Part shown: positions 21,591-24,118 of the stretch, piece after piece
Numbering within the stretch: the first letter of the stretch is position 1
Layout: each line of letters opens with the position of its first letter
The notes under the pieces: generated by a model
Seen by the model: the letters and a program-made list of their open reading frames with translations, nothing else
What the model was told of the DNA's origin: nothing
Database searches by the model: none
Source of the DNA: Vicugna vicugna
Taxonomy: Eukaryota
Assembly (NCBI GenBank): GCA_013265495.1
Contig: MU057724.1
Span: 1,999,102-2,023,219 of the forward strand
DNA length: 24,118 nt
Direction of reading: 5' to 3'
Made by a program: the position numbers and the translations under genes

Positions 21591-21747
21591 CACAGGGAAC
21601 TATATTCAATATCTTGTAGTAACCTACAGCGAAAAAGAATATGAAAATGAATGTATGTATGTACATGTGTCACTGAAATATGATGCTGGACACCAGAAAT
21701 TGACACCACATTGTAAATTGACTAAACTTCAGTAAAAAAATTTTTTT
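21591..21747 (+). mobile_element. Short L1 3'-tail insertion with 9-bp TSD
   Basis: cacagggaactatattcaatatcttgtagtaacc...acttcagtaaaaaaa, flanked by aaggtttga (21582-21590 and 21748-21756). Confidence 0.88.
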
Positions 21748-22377
21748 AAGGTTTGAGATGGGCAGGTCGAGAGTAACTGATTACTGAGCATTGAAACGAT
21801 CAGCTCATTTTCTTAACCTAAAACAAGGGAAATTTTGTGGTTTCACAACTTTAAGTATGTAGAATTGAATGCAGTTATTATTACTGTCGCATAATTGCTT
21901 GTTCAGTAAGAGTAAGAAGAGCGACGCCCACAACATAGGTCCGAACTGCCTCAGTGACGGTCACAACAGATCTATCGGACAGGTGAATCCCCAGGCAGCT
22001 GTTCGGGGTAGATCAAGTCACACTGGCCAGATGGGGACATTCGCAGATACCTGACCACAGAGTCTCCATGACTTTGGTCTCCACCCTCAAAAGCCGAGGA
22101 ACCCTGGCTTTAGAGGGACTTGTCCATGGTACTGAAGCACTGACCACACCCTCCCACCCCCCAAATATTGTTGACTGTGTACAACACAGGAAAGAACTAC
22201 CGATGAGAAAGATCTTTGCAAAGAAATGAATACCTTTCAGTCTTTTATGTAGTTTCTACTTTTGTAAATACACGTTAGAATTTGCATTTGATTTATTTAG
22301 GTCACACAAATACTTTTCTGCCCTAGGGCTCCTAGGGCAATTTAGCCAGAAAGAAAATTCTGATTAACCATTTCTCT

Positions 22378-22501
22378 AATTAATTAATTTATTATTTTAT
22401 TATTTTTTATATTATTTATTTTTAGACGAGGTACTGGGGACTGAAACCAGGACCTTGTGCATGCTAAGCATGCGCTCTACCACTTGAGCTGTACCCTCCC
22501 C
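22378..22501 (-). mobile_element. Camelid-type tRNA-derived SINE
   Basis: gaggtactggggactgaaaccaggaccttgtgcatgctaagcatgcgctctaccacttgagctgtaccctcccc with a TTAT-rich tail. Confidence 0.9.
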
Positions 22502-22656
22502 TCCAACTGACCACTTCACCCTGGCAAAGTGCACGGCAGAGCATGCAATGACGACGTGTTCATTACGTATTGGATCATTTGCTTTTCCTTCCATTCTGCC
22601 AGTATTTCCTCTCTTCTCCTTCCCTACGTTGAGTAAACCAAGATTTTAGGGCTCTA

Positions 22657-22995
22657 TGTCGGCAACCCTAAGTGAGTAGGCCGTGGGACCAGGCCAAAGG
22701 TCACAACAACTCGCCTGTGTATGAGGTAAGAAGCAGATGTACGCATGTGCTAGTGGTGTTATGTAAGGTCCTCACGAGCAAAGACATGAACAACGCGCAT
22801 GTGCGGGCAGAATAGATAAAAGCATGACAAGTGCACCACGCCGCGCGTGCCATCTTGTTGTACTAGAATAAAGTGCTGTTTCGCTCCACGTCAGCTCCTC
22901 GTGCAGTTTGTTGCGCAGTATGGCCTCTCCTCGCACACTTTTCAAGTTGGGCAGCTCCCCTCCTCGAATCCCTCTTCAGCCCCCCTCAGCTGACA
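22657..22995 (+). mobile_element. Solo LTR (339 bp), family not recognised
   Basis: TGTCGGC...GCTGACA termini (imperfect inverted repeat, TG..CA), 5-bp TSD ctcta/cccta, TATA-like GATAAAA at 22815-22821, AATAAA at 22867-22872. Confidence 0.72.
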
Positions 22996-23225
22996 CCCTA
23001 CTATTATTACGTTTACTTTTATTATATCTTTGGGTTTTTTTTAAAAGTAGGTCTTTAAATAATTCTGTTTAGCCAATACATATTTACATATGATTTCTGC
23101 ACAATAACATCAAATGTTGAAATATTTTTTAAAATCACACAGGTAAGGCTGCCAAAAAGGCTGTTTATCTTACTTAATTCAAGTACTGTTGGGTACATTT
23201 TTATTAATTCAATAAACCAGTCTGT

Positions 23226-23296
23226 CTGGAATATTATGCTGTACACCACAAACTGACACATTGTAACTGACTGCACTTCAATAAAAATAAATAAAT
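23226..23296 (+). mobile_element. Very short L1 3'-tail insertion
   Basis: attatgctgtacaccacaaactgacacattgtaactgactgcacttcaataaaaataaataaa; degenerate TSD aataaaccagtctgt/aataaatagcctgt. Confidence 0.8.
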
Positions 23297-23471
23297 AGCC
23301 TGTGCATTTAGACCAACTTTAACACTAAGTGGAAAATGCACAGATTAAATTCATTAGGTATTGCTAAAACAGCTTCCTGTCTTTTATAAATTGCTCAACA
23401 TTTCTTAAGAAAGTCAAGCTGTTAAAAGAAAAATGAAAAATTAGTAAATGCATACTCACAGTGCACGTCTT

Positions 23472-23536
23472 CTACGTCTGTGAGCACAGTGGACTCGCTG
23501 CCAATCTTTTTAGCAACCGAGCACATCTTTTGTAAT
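23472..23536 (-). CDS. ALKAL1: ALK and LTK ligand 1 (FAM150A/augmentor-beta), last coding exon; exon spans 23460-23536 (77 nt) including 12 nt of 3'UTR; upstream exons lie beyond the window
   Basis: Minus strand reads tgttttccctag|AT TAC AAA AGA TGT GCT CGG TTG CTA AAA AGA TTG GCA GCG AGT CCA CTG TGC TCA CAG ACG TAG AAGACGTGCACT|gtgagt = YKRCARLLKRLAASPLCSQT*. This matches the human ALKAL1 C-terminus YYKRCARLLTRLAVSPLCSQT (ALKAL2 ends SPVCMEDKQ). Canonical AG at 23538-23537 and GT at 23459-23458. Too short for the ORF track. Confidence 0.93.
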
Positions 23537-24118
23537 CTAGGGAAAACATTTGAAAGAAAGTTACAGACATGGCGACTACAGATGTGGGGGAATCATGTTA
23601 ATTACCATCACTAATTCACAATAATGGTAGCTGTCCTTTAATAAGCTTCTAACATGGCAAGTGCTCCCCTGGATTTTCTCACTGACTCTCCTGATGATGC
23701 AAGCCCCGGATGCTACTGTGATTGTCGCTCCAGAGAGGAAACGGCCTCAAGCACTGAGAGCCTCCTCCCTGCAAGCAGCCGGGTTCCCAAGCCTAGGCCT
23801 CTCCCCCACTCTGTGCTGCCAGTCACTCTGCCTGGATTCCAGCATGTTCCTCTTCCCTCATCATCAAACACAAGCAGTTTTTTTTTTCTTAAAAATCATA
23901 ATAACTCTGACTCAACATCCCAAGTAAAATGAAATATTCCTCAAGATGGCCAGTTTAGTTAAAAAGATACAAAATATTTAAAATTCATTTTCTTTAAAAA
24001 GAAAGTTTAGATTTAGAAAGGAATTTAAAAACAGCCAACTGAGTTACCACACTTAATCGTGATTCGGGCAGTTTAAAATGGTAGCATTGAAATATTATGT
24101 GTGGCCAGAAATAGACTT

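Noticed and set aside
22425..22501. tRNA-like sequences with A/B boxes (also at ~3973, 7978, 11962, 16177)
   Set aside because: No complete cloverleaf or acceptor stem, and A-rich tails: tRNA-derived SINEs, not tRNA genes.
23460..23536. Alternative open frame LQKMCSVAKKIGSESTVLTDVEDVH of the same exon
   Set aside because: Open across the exon but matches nothing I recognise; the other frame gives the ALKAL1 C-terminus.

Overview
Mammalian genomic DNA, most likely camelid (camel/alpaca/llama), judged from five copies of a tRNA-derived SINE with head GGGGAGGGTA(T/C)AGCTCA and several camelid-type L1 3' tails. The one coding segment I can support is on the minus strand near the right end: the last coding exon of ALKAL1 (FAM150A, ALK/LTK ligand; 23460-23536, ...YKRCARLLKRLAASPLCSQT*), spliced over a 2.7-kb intron to a non-coding terminal exon (~20220-20760). 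A CpG island at ~9100-10950 looks like a minus-strand promoter with 5'-UTR exon(s). By synteny it is probably ST18, which would make 1-9117 intronic. The rest is interspersed repeats (L1, L2, MIR, MER5A, MLT1, an ERVL gag relic, a Tigger2 MITE, a solo LTR). None of the supplied long ORFs looks real, and I see no prokaryotic-type system, CRISPR array or RNA gene. The most interesting signals are a strong AT-to-GC substitution bias turning repeats into CpG-island-like DNA, an apparently very short ST18-ALKAL1 spacer, two substitutions in the conserved ALKAL helix, and an intact-looking antisense solo LTR in the ALKAL1 intron. Repeat family names and human comparisons are from memory and need database confirmation.
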